64,000 nt of DNA from Parasitella parasitica NRRL 2501 (taxonomy: Eukaryota; Fungi; Mucoromycota). Under the pieces are notes generated by a model that had not been told where the DNA came from, made no database searches, and saw only the letters and a list, made by a program, of their open reading frames with translations. This document shows, one piece after another, positions 51,400 to 64,000 of the stretch. The DNA lies in NCBI GenBank assembly GCA_025201805.1, contig MU619246.1, positions 335,067-399,066 of the forward strand. Direction: 5' to 3'. Made by a program: the position numbers and the translations under genes. The stretch's first letter is position 1. Each line of letters begins with the position of its first letter.

Positions 51400-51800
51400 G
51401 CATATAAAAAATACGCCACCAATCTTGTAGAAGGAATTGGTCGCCTCCTCAGGAAGAAGGGCAAGCAATACAAGCATGTTCGTAGCAAGCAAAGATATGC
51501 CTCGCAATGCCCTGTCTTGATATATGATTGCTTTTATCATCTTGCATGAGATAGCTACGTTGGCCGATGTCTTGAGAAGAAGAAGAAAAAAAAAAGAGCC
51601 CCCAAGTCAGTTGAAATGAGCAACCCAGGATGCAGCTGACAGCCTGACAGCGAGGTTGGAAGGCTTACAAATCAAGAAAATTAGGATTGCTGAATTCATA
51701 AAAGATGAATAGTGGTTACGCCTTGATGGTAAAGTAGGTTTTGAAATAAACATGCGTCGTTGAAAAAGTTGGTCAAGGCGAGGTACGACAAAAAAATCTA
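51400..51800 (+). mobile_element. Decayed IS630-Tc1-mariner transposase remnant
   Basis: 51629-51787 reads DAADSLTARLEGLQIKKIRIAEFIKDE*WLRL-DGKVGFEINMRR*KSWSRRGT. This matches the Tc1 pattern DEAGF-x-INMRR-x3-WS-x2-G with single-base changes, stops and a deletion. Confidence 0.6.
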
Positions 51801-52222
51801 GGAGGAAGCTACTAGCGGTGGCTGTTTGTTCTATGTTGTTGCTTGGTAGAGCATCGGGTGTACAGTCATGAATACCTTATACAGCGTGCAATCTGAATTC
51901 TATCAGCATGATGGTAAACAATCCAGGTTTTATTTGATACAGGCTTCGCATCGCTAAGCTGCAATAGGCTGTATACTACTGAAACAAATTTGATTGACAA
52001 TTTACAGGTGTGTTATATATGACACTTTTTTTTTTTTTTTTGCATGAATTATGTTTATTGAAATTATTAGATTTTCCCGCACTCAGTGCTAAAATGTTAA
52101 TGTGATATCTACATATATATAAATATGTATAGTGTACGGTATGTGAGAGGAGAAAGCAAAGTACAGGTGAATCATGTCATGTTATGTAATGTAATAGCAG
52201 CCTTAAAATTAATTAATGTAGG

Positions 52223-52962
52223 TCACGTAGTTGCTAGTCGTCTTTGTATGAATGTAGTCGAAAAGAATCGCTTAATACGCACAGCAGTGACCACCAAGGT
52301 TTTGTTCCCTTTGCTGCTGTTGATGTCTCTTGATTTCTCTCTTGACGGAGCCACTTGCGATTTTTTGCTGAGTGCATGTAGTAAAAATCGTGTTGCTTTT
52401 GATGGCCTTTGATTGTCAGTGTCAGGTGTGTTGCTGTAGGATGCTAATTCATCATCGCCCACTGAAAGGACAGGTGAAGGTAATGTACTCGTTGGTGATG
52501 GGGATATGTTGTAGTAGGATTGTTTGTTGCTATTGTTGTTGATGAAGCTCAAGGAATGATGTATGCCGCTAAATGTCTTTCTGTGCATTTTTCTGTTGTT
52601 GTTATCCATTAGCCAAGCGTGCTTCAATACACCTTCGGCTGTGATTCTTCGTTTAGGATTTCTGCATAATAAACATTTGATTAAAGAGAGTGCTTCGTCC
52701 GAAAGAGAATTAGGCTCAGAATATTGAGCCAAGCTTATTTTTTTAAACAATTCAGGCATGGTATCGCAGTGAAACGGCAATTGACCCGTAAGCATTGCAT
52801 ATAAAATGACTCCACAACTCCACATGTCGACAGGAGGTCCTCGATAGGGTGTGGCAGTGACCATTTCAGGCGCTGCATAAAAGGGACTTCCGCAATAAGT
52901 ATCGAGCAATTTAGAAGCATCAAACACTTTTCCAAAGCCAAAATCGCACAGCCTGATAGAGC
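52223..52962 (-). CDS. AMPK/MARK (SNF1-related) Ser/Thr kinase, last exon; the N-lobe falls in the assembly gap
   Basis: LCDFGFG, LDTYCGSPFYAAPE, DMWSCGVILYAML and RRITAEGVLKHAW; acceptor AG at 52963-52964. Confidence 0.9.
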
Positions 52963-52979
52963 CTAGTTTGTCAAGGAGA

Positions 52980-53465
52980 NNNNNNNNNNNNNNNNNNNNN
53001 NNNNNNNNNNNNNNNNNNNNNNNNNNNNNNNNNNNNNNNNNNNNNNNNNNNNNNNNNNNNNNNNNNNNNNNNNNNNNNNNNNNNNNNNNNNNNNNNNNNN
53101 NNNNNNNNNNNNNNNNNNNNNNNNNNNNNNNNNNNNNNNNNNNNNNNNNNNNNNNNNNNNNNNNNNNNNNNNNNNNNNNNNNNNNNNNNNNNNNNNNNNN
53201 NNNNNNNNNNNNNNNNNNNNNNNNNNNNNNNNNNNNNNNNNNNNNNNNNNNNNNNNNNNNNNNNNNNNNNNNNNNNNNNNNNNNNNNNNNNNNNNNNNNN
53301 NNNNNNNNNNNNNNNNNNNNNNNNNNNNNNNNNNNNNNNNNNNNNNNNNNNNNNNNNNNNNNNNNNNNNNNNNNNNNNNNNNNNNNNNNNNNNNNNNNNN
53401 NNNNNNNNNNNNNNNNNNNNNNNNNNNNNNNNNNNNNNNNNNNNNNNNNNNNNNNNNNNNNNNNN
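52980..53465. other. Assembly gap (N run) covering the kinase 5' exons
   Basis: N run. Confidence 0.99.
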
Positions 53466-54457
53466 ATTGTGGATTTATTGCAAATCGTAAAAAAAAAAAT
53501 AAAAAAAAAAAAAAAGAATGGAGGGAGACGGGAAAAAAGTAAACGGGAGAAGGAAAGAAAGTAGAAAGAAAAGAGTAGCTATGTATAATTGGATAAACTC
53601 GGAAACTTATACAATATATCCTACAGCAAGAAGGTAGAGAGACATTAGCTGTTAGAGCAGCAGAAATAAGAAGGGGAGGAGAGAGGGAGAAGTAGCAGGA
53701 GAAAGTCAAGGTTGTTGTTTCTTTAGTTTAGCTTTTGACCGCATCATCATCTTTTTCCCTCTCTGTCTCTCTTTCTGTATATGTAATGTGGAACTTCTTA
53801 AATCCCCTGTGCAGACACAACATGTAGTATTAATGTTCTTCATAATGGAAGATATATGTGTCAATTTTGGATACTCCTTTTAGTCTTAAACCTTTTCTTG
53901 CATAGAAGTTGGCGCTCGTTTTCTTCCGAGGCCATCAAGGTGGTTTGTATTCCAACGTTCAATTCGGAAGAAACTCACTTTCTGCAAGTTTGTGTATCAT
54001 GATCCAAATGCGGAGTGCCTGATTTGCAACTTGTCAAATCACGTAGGTGGATTCCTATAGAGTCAAAAACCACCCAGCGAAATGATACACGGTGCTTAAA
54101 GCGTCTGCATCTTCTGCCACAGACATCTCACTTTTGAGTATATTTGTATGTAGCTTTTGGTGACCGAAACATGACAGTCGCATACCAAATCAATCAATCA
54201 CACTACAGCTGTGTATGTTTTTTTTTTCTTTACAAAAATTGCTGCTAAACAAGTAATCTAGAGACGTTCTTCTTTCATGGTGTTTGATATTCAGGGGTCT
54301 AGTTTGCAGTGTCATGCAACTCGCACATGTAAAATCAAGCCTCAGATTTGTTACAGAATGAAAGCTAAAAATATACATGGTCACTTTTGCATGTCAATTA
54401 AGTCATTTCAACAACGACGCTGATTAATATATACAGAAATTCTTTATTTAGTTATTA

Positions 54458-55462
54458 TTATACAAGTGTTTCTATTTGAGCAGTTTGCTGCTGCGCTGAT
54501 CTTTGCCACTGCCTTCGTCTTCGTCGACTCATTAGCGTAATAAACTGCGGCATCATCCTAACATCAAGATCAGAGCTGATGTGTATAGAAGATTCCAAAA
54601 TACCCATCCACTCAATTTTATTGGCATCAGATTTTGTCGTCATGAGAAACTGAGGGCCGTTTTGTATTTTGAGTCGAATAACGTGACGAAGCTTGACATA
54701 ATCTGATGCCACTGTCACTTGAGCGCCTTGCATAGAATAGCTCCAGATAGGTAGATTGGATTTCTTGGATTTTGGATGATGTTGATAAGCGCTGATTTTT
54801 GTACCGTAGACGACAACGTACAACTCTCTATAGAAAAGAAAAGAAAGCCAGTTAATTTCTACCAGCATAGAAGTTTTGTGGTGTAATAACTCACCTCCAT
54901 GATCGATCTTTTGATCTGATACCAGGTTTGCTATATTCACACTTGACACGTGTGTAAGACGTCTTGTTGATGGTACACTCATATTCAGGCAGCTTCTCAT
55001 TGCCTTCCTCTTCTCTGGGTATAATTACTCTGCTCGCTAGCGGTTTAGGAAATTGGAAGGTCCAAGAATGAGAAGGATCATCGTAGCAAGGCGGAGGGTC
55101 TATGTTTTCATGTGTCTGTTTTGCTTCATTTTGCCCCACTTGATCTTGGTTTTCTTCGGATATACTCTGAGTAGAGTTTTCTCGATCTTCTTCTATTGTG
55201 GATGAACTGGATGAACATACTGTTGATGCCACTGAGAGAGATAGCGATACTGTGGACGAGGTCGAGATCGACCGGTTGGTGTGTGTCAATGACCGTAGAG
55301 ACCAGCTACTGGCAGTCTTGCGAAGCCATGGAAATACTACAAAGGCGGCAATGATGACATGCTTAATGCAAACTCTGACACTTGGTGTGGCGAGATAGCC
55401 TTACCTTTTGCAGTTGGACTACTGAGACCATTGTGAACAATATTGTTGTCGATTCTTAGCAT
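54458..55462 (-). CDS. PH-domain protein (three exons)
   Basis: In-frame splicing gives MLRIDNN...K|VFPWLR...EEEGNEKLPEYECTI...RSWR|ELYVVVYGT...YSMQGAQV...DYVKLRHVIRL...QFLM...EW, a PH-fold pattern. Confidence 0.8.
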
Positions 55463-55991
55463 AATGATTGAATACGTGTATATGTAAAAAAAAATTTAAA
55501 TCTTAGGGATTTGCATAAAATAGCAACGGGTGAATAGATGGAGAGGAAACGAAGGTATATAAAAAGAAATGAAAAAAGAAGGAGAGATGTGATGAACAAG
55601 ATGGCTTTATATAAGACTGGCGGACCCCCCAAATCTGATCCGTCTTGACAACGAGCTACGGACAAAGTTGCCCTGGGAACTATTGAATTGGCTAGAACCT
55701 TATGTGTATTTATAAATACATGTAAAAAAAAAAAGTAATTAAACTTTGGAAAGCTTCTATATTTACAAGTTTTCTTTGCAACTGATTTTGATTTGCTGTG
55801 TCTACTTTAAATCAAAATTATTACTCCTTTGGCTTGTTCTCATTGCTTTGCAAACCAAAATGGGCTTTTTGTTTCTATCCGATGGCTTGATTGTGCATAT
55901 ATTGTACATACAGTACTTCCATCCTCGGTTGGATACCTTTTTCGAAAATGCTGGGCTATTTGCTCATTTGGTTGAAGCCCAATTGGTGATT

Positions 55992-57967
55992 ATGGTAATC
56001 TGCTTTGATAGGGAGCATGTTTATCACGACGAGCTTTATTTGATTCATGATCGTCGTCTGTAAGTAAGGCAGAACGATGAGCTCTTTTAATCATCAGCAT
56101 AACATGTTGCATGCCACACATCACTTCATAGCTTATTTTTATACGTGCGCAAATGTACAGCGGATCATGGCGCAATAAATGTACGATAAAAAATCCGGAG
56201 AAACTATATAGCTGATGGATAAATATATACTATTCAACATGTGTACAATAACCGATCCCATAAACATATTTAGCAAAATTACCAAACACTCCTTGTTGGA
56301 TTTTCTACAAGCAACTTGGCGAAATTGTAAAATTGTCAAACGTGATACAACCGCACAACTTCACTCACTGTATTTTTGAGTTATTGTATCCATGTCGATT
56401 ACATATGATGTTTAATTTGACAAAGGCCGCTAATCAGTTTGGTATTAAACGCATGACAAGCACCGCATCGTGTACTTCACTGATCGTAATTATTGAGTCA
56501 TTACCGTGGCGTGCCTATATGGTAATAGATTTTGCTAAGGATTGCCTTTTTGACAAACCCGCCAACAATAAGGCCAAATCGCTTTGCATTAGAAAATACA
56601 AGATACGAAAGTCAATCTTCATTTCGTTTTTCTTGGCTCTTGCCCAAAATATAATTATAGTCTTTTTCTGACATTTTGTTGCTTGAAAGGTAATTCTTGT
56701 ATAGATGTATCCCATCGTATTTTGGATCTGTTCTACTATTATTATTTTTCTACATTTTTTATCGTAACTGCTGATGCGCCTATAGGGATAGGTTTTTCTA
56801 GTATTTAATGTCATTTTCATGAAATACACATTATCAACTTTTTGTGTATATATTGACACAGAATATCCCTAGAGTTTAAGCTGTAAAATATCCTCGATTT
56901 TTATTTTTTTTCACCAACAATCGTATTGAATTTCCTTGGGCTTGATGTCTGTCTCTCACTCACCCCTATCTAGGCAGAATTCACGCATCTGGTGTTATGA
57001 AGCAGGTAATACCACAATGGTGGTGTGTCAGTGGCTTTTAGCTAGTATAATAACCCGTGTGCCCTCAGTCCCTTTGTTTCGGCCCCAGCAAGATCACCAT
57101 TCATCATCGCCTTATAATGGACTTGACCGAATCTAATGAATTAAATTTTCAAACATTTCAATTACATTGATGCTGGAAACAGCAGGCTTGAGAGGAGGAG
57201 TGTTGCAAAACGTTTCTTAACAACAGCTTTGAATAACTTGTGAGTCTTTGCTCTAATCTTTTATGTCAAGTGCATAGTTTTTTGTGATACTAAAAATTAA
57301 AATAAAAAAGAGTAGGTAAACACAGGCTTTGCAATACCACTGTCAATGCACATACGCGTACACATCAAAGTATTTGGCCTTCTTGCCCTTGTTTGTATTT
57401 TTGAAGTGATTCTAAAAGTTTATAGCAGGGTCAATTGTTGCGACAACCTAACAAAAAGTAACAAACAAGCTTACGATAGGCATGTTATGTATTTTGAGAA
57501 TATATGACCAAAATAATTTGTCGAGACTCCCCTTTTCTCTAATAACATGTAATCAACACGGAGACAACAACTCGAAAATATAGCGAGTGAGTTGTGCGGT
57601 TGTCTCACGTTTGACAAATTTACAAATATAAAACTTTCTTCAAGTAGCTTGTATGAAATTAAACAAGGAGTCTTTGGTATTTGTGCTAAGTATGCTCATG
57701 GGATCAACACTTGATAGTTATTGTAGATACATGCTGCATAGTATATATTTACCCATCAGCTAATAGTTTCTCCGGATTTTTCATAATATATTTGATCCGC
57801 TGTACATTTGTACACGTATAAAATGGGCTAGGAGAGTGATGTGTAGCATGCAACATGGTATATCGATGATGAAGAAAGCCCATTGTTCTGCCTTACTTGC
57901 AAATAAAGATGATGAATCAAATAAAGCTCATCGTGATAAACATGCTCCCTATCAAGCAGATTATCAT
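55992..57967. repeat. Long degenerate inverted repeat (arms ~55992-56405 and ~57547-57967) around a ~1.1 kb spacer; possible foldback or non-autonomous element
   Basis: For example TGATAGGGAGCATGTTTATCACGA pairs with TCGTGATAAACATGCTCCCTATCA, and AAATGTACAGCGGATCA with TGATCCGCTGTACATTT. Blocks stay collinear over ~415 bp. Confidence 0.9.
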
Positions 57968-58253
57968 GTTTAAACCTTTAAAAACCCTAACTCCTCACCT
58001 CCCTTTCGCTCCCCCCCCCCCACATCGAATCCAGAACTAATTACCGTCTATTCCGAGCAATAATCCATAATTACGATTCGCCAGATATAGCTTACAGCCC
58101 ATATTTATCCTCAAGAATTTGTTTTGCCAAGTAACGTATAAAAAGTCCCTGTCATAGGGTGTTGTGCTTCATCATTGCTGAGCAACGCCATTTTATTATT
58201 TGTACTATTCTCTTTAACGAAAAAACATCCCTGTAAGGAATTCAAGTAATATT

Positions 58254-61200
58254 CTAATAGGGGCGGTGATAAGAAGAGGATGAGTAATTATCATGGCGTT
58301 GGTTATTTGAAGATTGAGACATATTGCTGCTATTATTATATCCGTAGCCGGGTGGATAAGATGATGGGGAATGAGGTTCGTAATTCTGCTGATAGGGCGG
58401 CTGTTGATGCAGTGGCTCGTTAGAATATGGAGTTGGTACCTGATGATGATGCTGTTTTTCGATAATAGGCTTTTGCACTTGCTTTGTAAGCACCAAAACG
58501 CCCAGAAACATATCAGATTGTCGTTTAGTTTCTTCAACTCGGACAACATATAAACAATCCGGTATGTTTTGCGCTTTAAACAGAGGGATCAAGTAAAAGT
58601 CTTTGATTCTCGTTTTGTTGTGTCCCACTACAGCGTATCGTTGTCTCGAATCAAGGTAATTGAGTAGAGTTTGGGCCTGTTCGTTACCATCACCTCCTTT
58701 TGCCTCCACCTCAAGCAAGATAATTTCACGGCTTACAGAGTATTGAGTCTGTGTTACATAATTAACAACGCGGTCGGATGGAATACGGCCCTCCACCCAC
58801 ATAGTAGGCGAGAGAACCTGATCCCACTCCGTATCTGATAGTATGCGGCCTCCGATTTGTCGAGCTGATGCTTCAAATTCTGCGACCTGCGGCATATTCA
58901 CACGACCTTGCCAGATGGCAGGAAGTAATTCTGCTTCTTCTTCATTTTGTTCTTGTGCATCCTCATTCTTGTCCTCCTTCTTCTCAGCTTGCTGCTGTTC
59001 ATTTTCTAGTTCGGTTGTGTCCACTTCTTCAACCTGGAAAGTTTCGTCCTCGTCACCCAATAATTCCTCTACATCTAGTGTTACCCTTCTCTTTTTCATT
59101 TCCGGATCAATCGCGTCTGATGTAGTATCAAACATGGATCCGCTTCGTTTATTAGGTATATGAGAGTTATCGTCTTGTGCAGGAATACCAATACGAGCTA
59201 AAATATCATCCAACGGGTCTACCGGATGACTAGAATTGGAGGATGTGGGACTATAGCTCGGGATAGGTTTGAGTTCTGATGCTGTGGGCGACGATAACGA
59301 CAATAACGGACTCCTTGGCTTGTTGTTGATTTTATCCAATTCTTGCTGCACTTGTTCAGAGTACATGTTGTTGTTGTCTTTGTCAGGTATCATAATGATA
59401 TCTCCTTTATGCGTCTTTTTAATGATGGGTGTGTTGTCGATTTTCATGACTGAATTTTTGAGACCTGTTTTACGAAACACTTCAGACATAGACTTGAGCT
59501 CTGGATTTGCCATGTCCTCTGACGACATCTTGATAAGCTCATCAGGAGTTAGGTCACCAGTAACAACCCGTATTTGAAATACTTTGTTGGCCTTATCCTT
59601 GAGGTTGTAGAGCAAAGAACGAAATTTGCTCTTGTACGGTTCTCCACATGTGCGATGCTTTTTCCCGACATTGCCATCTCCTAGCTGATCCAGCATGGTG
59701 TTTTCAATGGATTTGGCAAGCGCTTCGGCTCTTTCATCAGTTGTCAAAGTAGATTCATCTAACATGTCGGTATTCTCTGTCAACGCAGCGTCAAAAATGG
59801 ATTTGAGAACAGTTTTCATGTTTTTGATGACATTTCGCCGTACTGGGTTCTCTTCTTCTGTCATTTGACTTGGTGACATTGGTGTGTCGGGTGTAGCTGA
59901 CTGAGGCGCCTCTTCTTGTTCGTCTTCATCATCTTCTCCTTCTTCTGCTTGGAACTCGTCATCCTTTTCTTCCACATCGCTATCATGGTTCTCCTCTTCT
60001 GATTGTTGTTGATGCGCACCCAAAGCTTGCTCTTTTTGTTCGGCTTTATCGTCATTCTTTTTATTCGTTGATGGAGTCATGGATTGAGCACTAGTTCGCA
60101 TAGATGATATTCGCCTCGATGCACGGGGAGCGGGCGCCTCCATTTCATTTTGCTTACGAGCACAGACATCACTACAGAAAGAGTCCTTTCGAGTACGATT
60201 ATTGCAACCTGAATAAAGACATTTCGATTGACTTCTTGTTCTTGTTTGACGAGTATTTGCAGGCTTCTACGCAATATAAATAATGAGGAAAACATATTAT
60301 GCATCTCTTTAATGTCTATTCACCTCTTCTTTTGCAGCAGGTTTGACTTTGGGTTCATTACCACCTACCAAAAAAAAAAAAAAAAGTTAGTTGGATGCTC
60401 TGGTATTTTAGTATTTATGTCGACACGCATAAAATACACACACTATCGCTTGTTCAGTCATCTTTGTAAACATGCTTGTCAAAGCGATGACAAGCAGGAC
60501 AGCACATAACATTTCATTCACAAAAATGGGGGTGTCTACGAGTGGAGGAGTTTGCATAGAGAGAGTCTTGCTTGTCTACTTTTTTCGCGTTGATCTCTTT
60601 GATAAATTAGATGAAAAAAAGAATAAAAAAAAAAGATACATGTACGACTTTTATATAGTAGATGGTTTTATAAATCAATCAATAACAGTAGTTTATACGG
60701 AAAATAAAATTCGCTTTATAAGCATAAAAGACTGCATCTATTACATCTGCGAAATGTTGCCAAATTGATGCAAACAAACCATTTTGTCGTGTCAACTTAC
60801 TTTTGTGTGTGTGTGTGTGTGCGTGTGTGTGCATGCGTGTATCTTTATGCGTGTGTACATGAAAAAAGTAAACGTGAAACTTACCTTGTTTACAGCTGTT
60901 GCAAACCCAATCAACATTATCGACATCCTCCTCTTGGTTGTCAGGATTAAACTGTACGCAAGTGCAATGGAACCTACTCAAAGTTTCAGCATAAAACCCC
61001 ATCACTTTCACAAACACACTCACCATTCCTCACATGCATCACACTGAACCATAGGCTCACCATTGTAGGGCTGTTGACATGTACAATACAGCTTTTTAGC
61101 CCTGGTTGCTCTCTTCTTTTTAGGTGCAGGAGGTGTTGATTTTGCTCTTGATGACCTAGTTCGTTTTTGCGCCTGTTGCTGAATTGGCGCCTCTACTTCC

Positions 61201-61541
61201 GGTATGATCAATGGTGTTGGTGGCGGCGGTGGTGGTTGTTTCATCAGCGAGCCAGGAGTGATAAAGTGGTTATTAGTTAACGGAATGGAAGTGGCGTCAA
61301 TACCAGTAGAGCCAGAGGCTATAAAATCTGTCAGATTAATGCCTTCAAGATTCTCAAACCCATTTTGTTGTAACAAGCTACCCCAATTACTAAAAGAAGT
61401 GGCATTGTTTGAGGATAACGCTGGTGTAGCAGCATGCCATTCAATTTCTGGCTCTTCCAATTGAGCAGGCGTTTGATTTTCTGTGGATAACAAGTTGGTT
61501 TCAGTTTGATCTTGCAAATCCAAGTATTCATCAATATTCAT
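58254..61541 (-). CDS. BYE1: BYE1/PHF3/DIDO-like transcription-elongation factor (PHD + TFIIS-M + SPOC), multi-exon
   Basis: PHD finger YCTCQQP...MVQCDACEEW|FHCTCV...WVCNSC; TFIIS-M YKSKFRSLLYNLKDKAN; SPOC IWQGRV...VEGRI...KDFYLIP. Confidence 0.88.
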
Positions 61542-61764
61542 CTTTTTTAATTTTTGCTTTTCCCTCTTGGGCTGATAAATGAATGGAATGAAAGAGCTTT
61601 TGTCTGTTCAACCAAGACAGTGGTAGTAAGTAAAAAACTTTACTATAGCAGTCCATCATGCCCAATCAGGGCTAACATCATGTTGCCTGATTGTAGGCTT
61701 GAAAATGACGAAATTTTGGTAGCATCTACAAGGAATCTTTCTCTTGCTCCAATTCAACTCAAAG

Positions 61765-62957
61765 ATGACTGATAACAACGGTTAGTTGTGTATATCTACA
61801 AAGGAAAAGTGTAGAGTTATTCATGTTATTTATGATTAGCCAAGACCCTCGAAGCCATCAAATATACCAGAGGCAATCTTCGCATTCTCAATCAACTCGT
61901 TTTACCGCATCAAACCATCTTTGAGCCTATATTGAACATTAAAGATGGCCACGCAGCCATTAAAACCATGAAAACTCGAGGTGCACCTGCTATCGCTATT
62001 GTAGCTGCCCTCTCCTTGGCTGTCGATGTTCATACTCGTTTCGAACAAGGCCAATTTAAGACTGTTGATGAAGCTGTCAAATTCCTTTTGGAATCGTTAG
62101 AATATCTAAAAACATCTCGTCCTACGGCTGTCAATTTATTCGATGCTGCTGCTAAACTCGAACATCTCATTAAAAGCACTGCTGAAACTGTGCAAGAACC
62201 TGCTAATGTCGTTACGGCTTACATTGAAGCCTCGGAACAAATGCTGATTGACGATGTCAAAGACAACAAGAACATTGGTAGATTTGGCGCTGATTACATT
62301 ATCAAAAATGCAAAGAACCCTGATGTCATTAGTGTCTTGACGCATTGTAATACTGGCTCTTTGGCTACTGCTGGTTGGGGCACCGCTCTAGGTATCATTC
62401 GTGATCTCCGTGAAAACAAAAGACTTGAGCATGCCTACTGTACCGAAACCCGTCCTTACAACCAAGGCTCTCGTTTAACTGCTTATGAACTCGTTTATGA
62501 GCAAATACCTGCTACTTTAGTTTGTGATAGCATGGCCTCTGCTCTTTTAAAGCAAAATCCCAATGTGCAGGCCATCGTGGTTGGCGCTGATCGTGTTGCT
62601 GCAAATGGTGATACTGCTAATAAAATCGGTACCTATCAACTAGCCATCACAGCAAAGCACCACGGAGTTCTCTTTATTGTTGCCGCTCCTTCGACTTCGA
62701 TTGATCTCAAGACAAAGAGTGGTAACGACATTCCTATTGAACAACGTCCCGCCGAAGAATTGGTCACTGTCACTGGTATCCGTGCAAATGACAATGTACT
62801 TACTACCATTCATACTGCTGCTGCGGAAATTGGTGTTTGGAATCCTAGTTTTGATGTTACTCCTGCTGATTTAATCTCGGCGATTGTAACGGAGAAAGGT
62901 GTTGTGGTTAAGAAAGAAGGCAAGAATACGTTTGATATGGCCGCTTTTCTTATATAA
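61765..62957 (+). CDS. MRI1: Methylthioribose-1-phosphate isomerase. Exons 61765-61780, 61840-62957
   Basis: [62 protein letters not shown] and NPSFDVTP. Confidence 0.96.
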
Positions 62958-63784
62958 ATAAAATTAATAAAGAGACTACCAAATTTAAACCATGTAAGTA
63001 GTGTCCTATACTTGGGTATTTCGTAAGATTGTACACAGACGAGTAAACTTCAACTTCAGCAGTAGGCTCACAATTAGTCAATTTCAATAAATGTATAAGA
63101 CATTGCAGTTTATGCCTTGAAGCAGGGAAGAAAAGTTGGGTGGTATTGGTCCCAGCCAAACATTAGAATTATATAAAAACGCCATTTTTTTACAGCATCT
63201 TAGCTGTCGATTTCTGTCAAGACATGCCTGTTGCATCCATAGAATATCATAGTTACCACTATTTCAGTTGCCATGGCAACCGTTCCTGATCGGATCTAAG
63301 ATTTGGTATTCCATCGATTATTCTGTCTAGTAAATAGGAAGTTATATCAATAGAATGTCTTATACAAGAAATTATCCATTTTTTGGGTTCGGCTTCTTCC
63401 AAATTGCAGAGACTTCATCGATGAATGATTCACATTTATCATGATTATTAGCTGATAAAAAATGGGAATAGGTCTAGTTCTGATTACTACTGTGTCATAA
63501 TCTTGTTATTGACAATTAATATTCAAAAATATTCTGATTATATTTTATACCTTACATTGATTCATATAAATTTATTCCAGCCCGGATAGACAGCTTCTTA
63601 ACAATCAATAAAATCAATAGTTTTGTTTTTACTACCTCCAGTCTCTAGATTCTTTCAATACAATAAGGCGGCGAAAAAATTTGTGTCTCAAAAATAAGCG
63701 GAGTTTCGATATTTAAACTCAGATATTTCAAAAAATTTGCCACTGGCAATTTGGGCGACCGATTATGAGCAAATATGTGGTATT

Positions 63785-63964
63785 TATGATAAATATTGAA
63801 AAATAAAATTGGTTTTGCAGATAACTTTTGATAGAGACATTGCCCAGTAGAAAACAAGTAATGCTCATGTAGCGACGATCATGCCTGTTCTTATGGCGCA
63901 TAAGACAGTGTTTATTTTGCTGTTTATCGAAGCCTATCATCGATTATATGCAATTCTGATATGA
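63785..63964. repeat. Dispersed repeat shared with 8506-8730, blocks in swapped order
   Basis: Same two blocks, order B-A instead of A-B. Confidence 0.8.
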
Positions 63965-64000
63965 GAATTTGTGATATCATGTGATAAGTTTATAGATATC

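Noticed and set aside
52963-53709. Long ORFs containing X runs
   Set aside because: Artefacts of the N gap.
56139-56175. IRCTFAHV resembling the hAT transposase CxxH motif
   Set aside because: Spacing is off by one, a stop follows immediately, and no other hAT motifs are nearby.

Overview
Eukaryotic, intron-rich fungal DNA. Short GT-AG introns, microsatellite-rich UTRs and the gene content suggest an early-diverging fungus, probably Mucorales (inference). About 16 conventional protein genes are supported: NADH glutamate synthase GLT1, a ZNFX1-like helicase with NF-X1 and RZ fingers, an LRRC58-like LRR protein, an ANKRD40-like protein, an Sst2/FlbA-like RGS, an Rpn-like PD-(D/E)XK nuclease, METTL5, cytosolic HSP70, CK2 beta, NOT1, an AMPK/MARK-family kinase broken by an assembly gap, a PH protein, a BYE1/PHF3-like protein, MRI1 and several unknowns. 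Decayed transposon and repeat sequence fills the long intergenic blocks. The most striking unannotated signal lies in the 7.6 kb gap between METTL5 and HSP70. It holds two paralogous minus-strand micro-ORFs below the ORF-track cutoff: MPPDRPIKPPLPRPYPAPSVRR (22 aa) and MPPDRPIKNSLPRPYQPYVPRPNAKPTEPSQQ (32 aa). Each has its own TATA box, they are identical at 13 of the first 15 residues with synonymous codon differences, and they carry the LPRP core of ribosome-targeting proline-rich antimicrobial peptides. Other candidates are a structured double-length GLT1 intron that hides an internal 3'ss/5'ss pair, a ~415-bp-arm inverted repeat, and the Rpn-like nuclease with CGGCAA arrays. All family assignments come from motif recognition by eye; no database searches were run.
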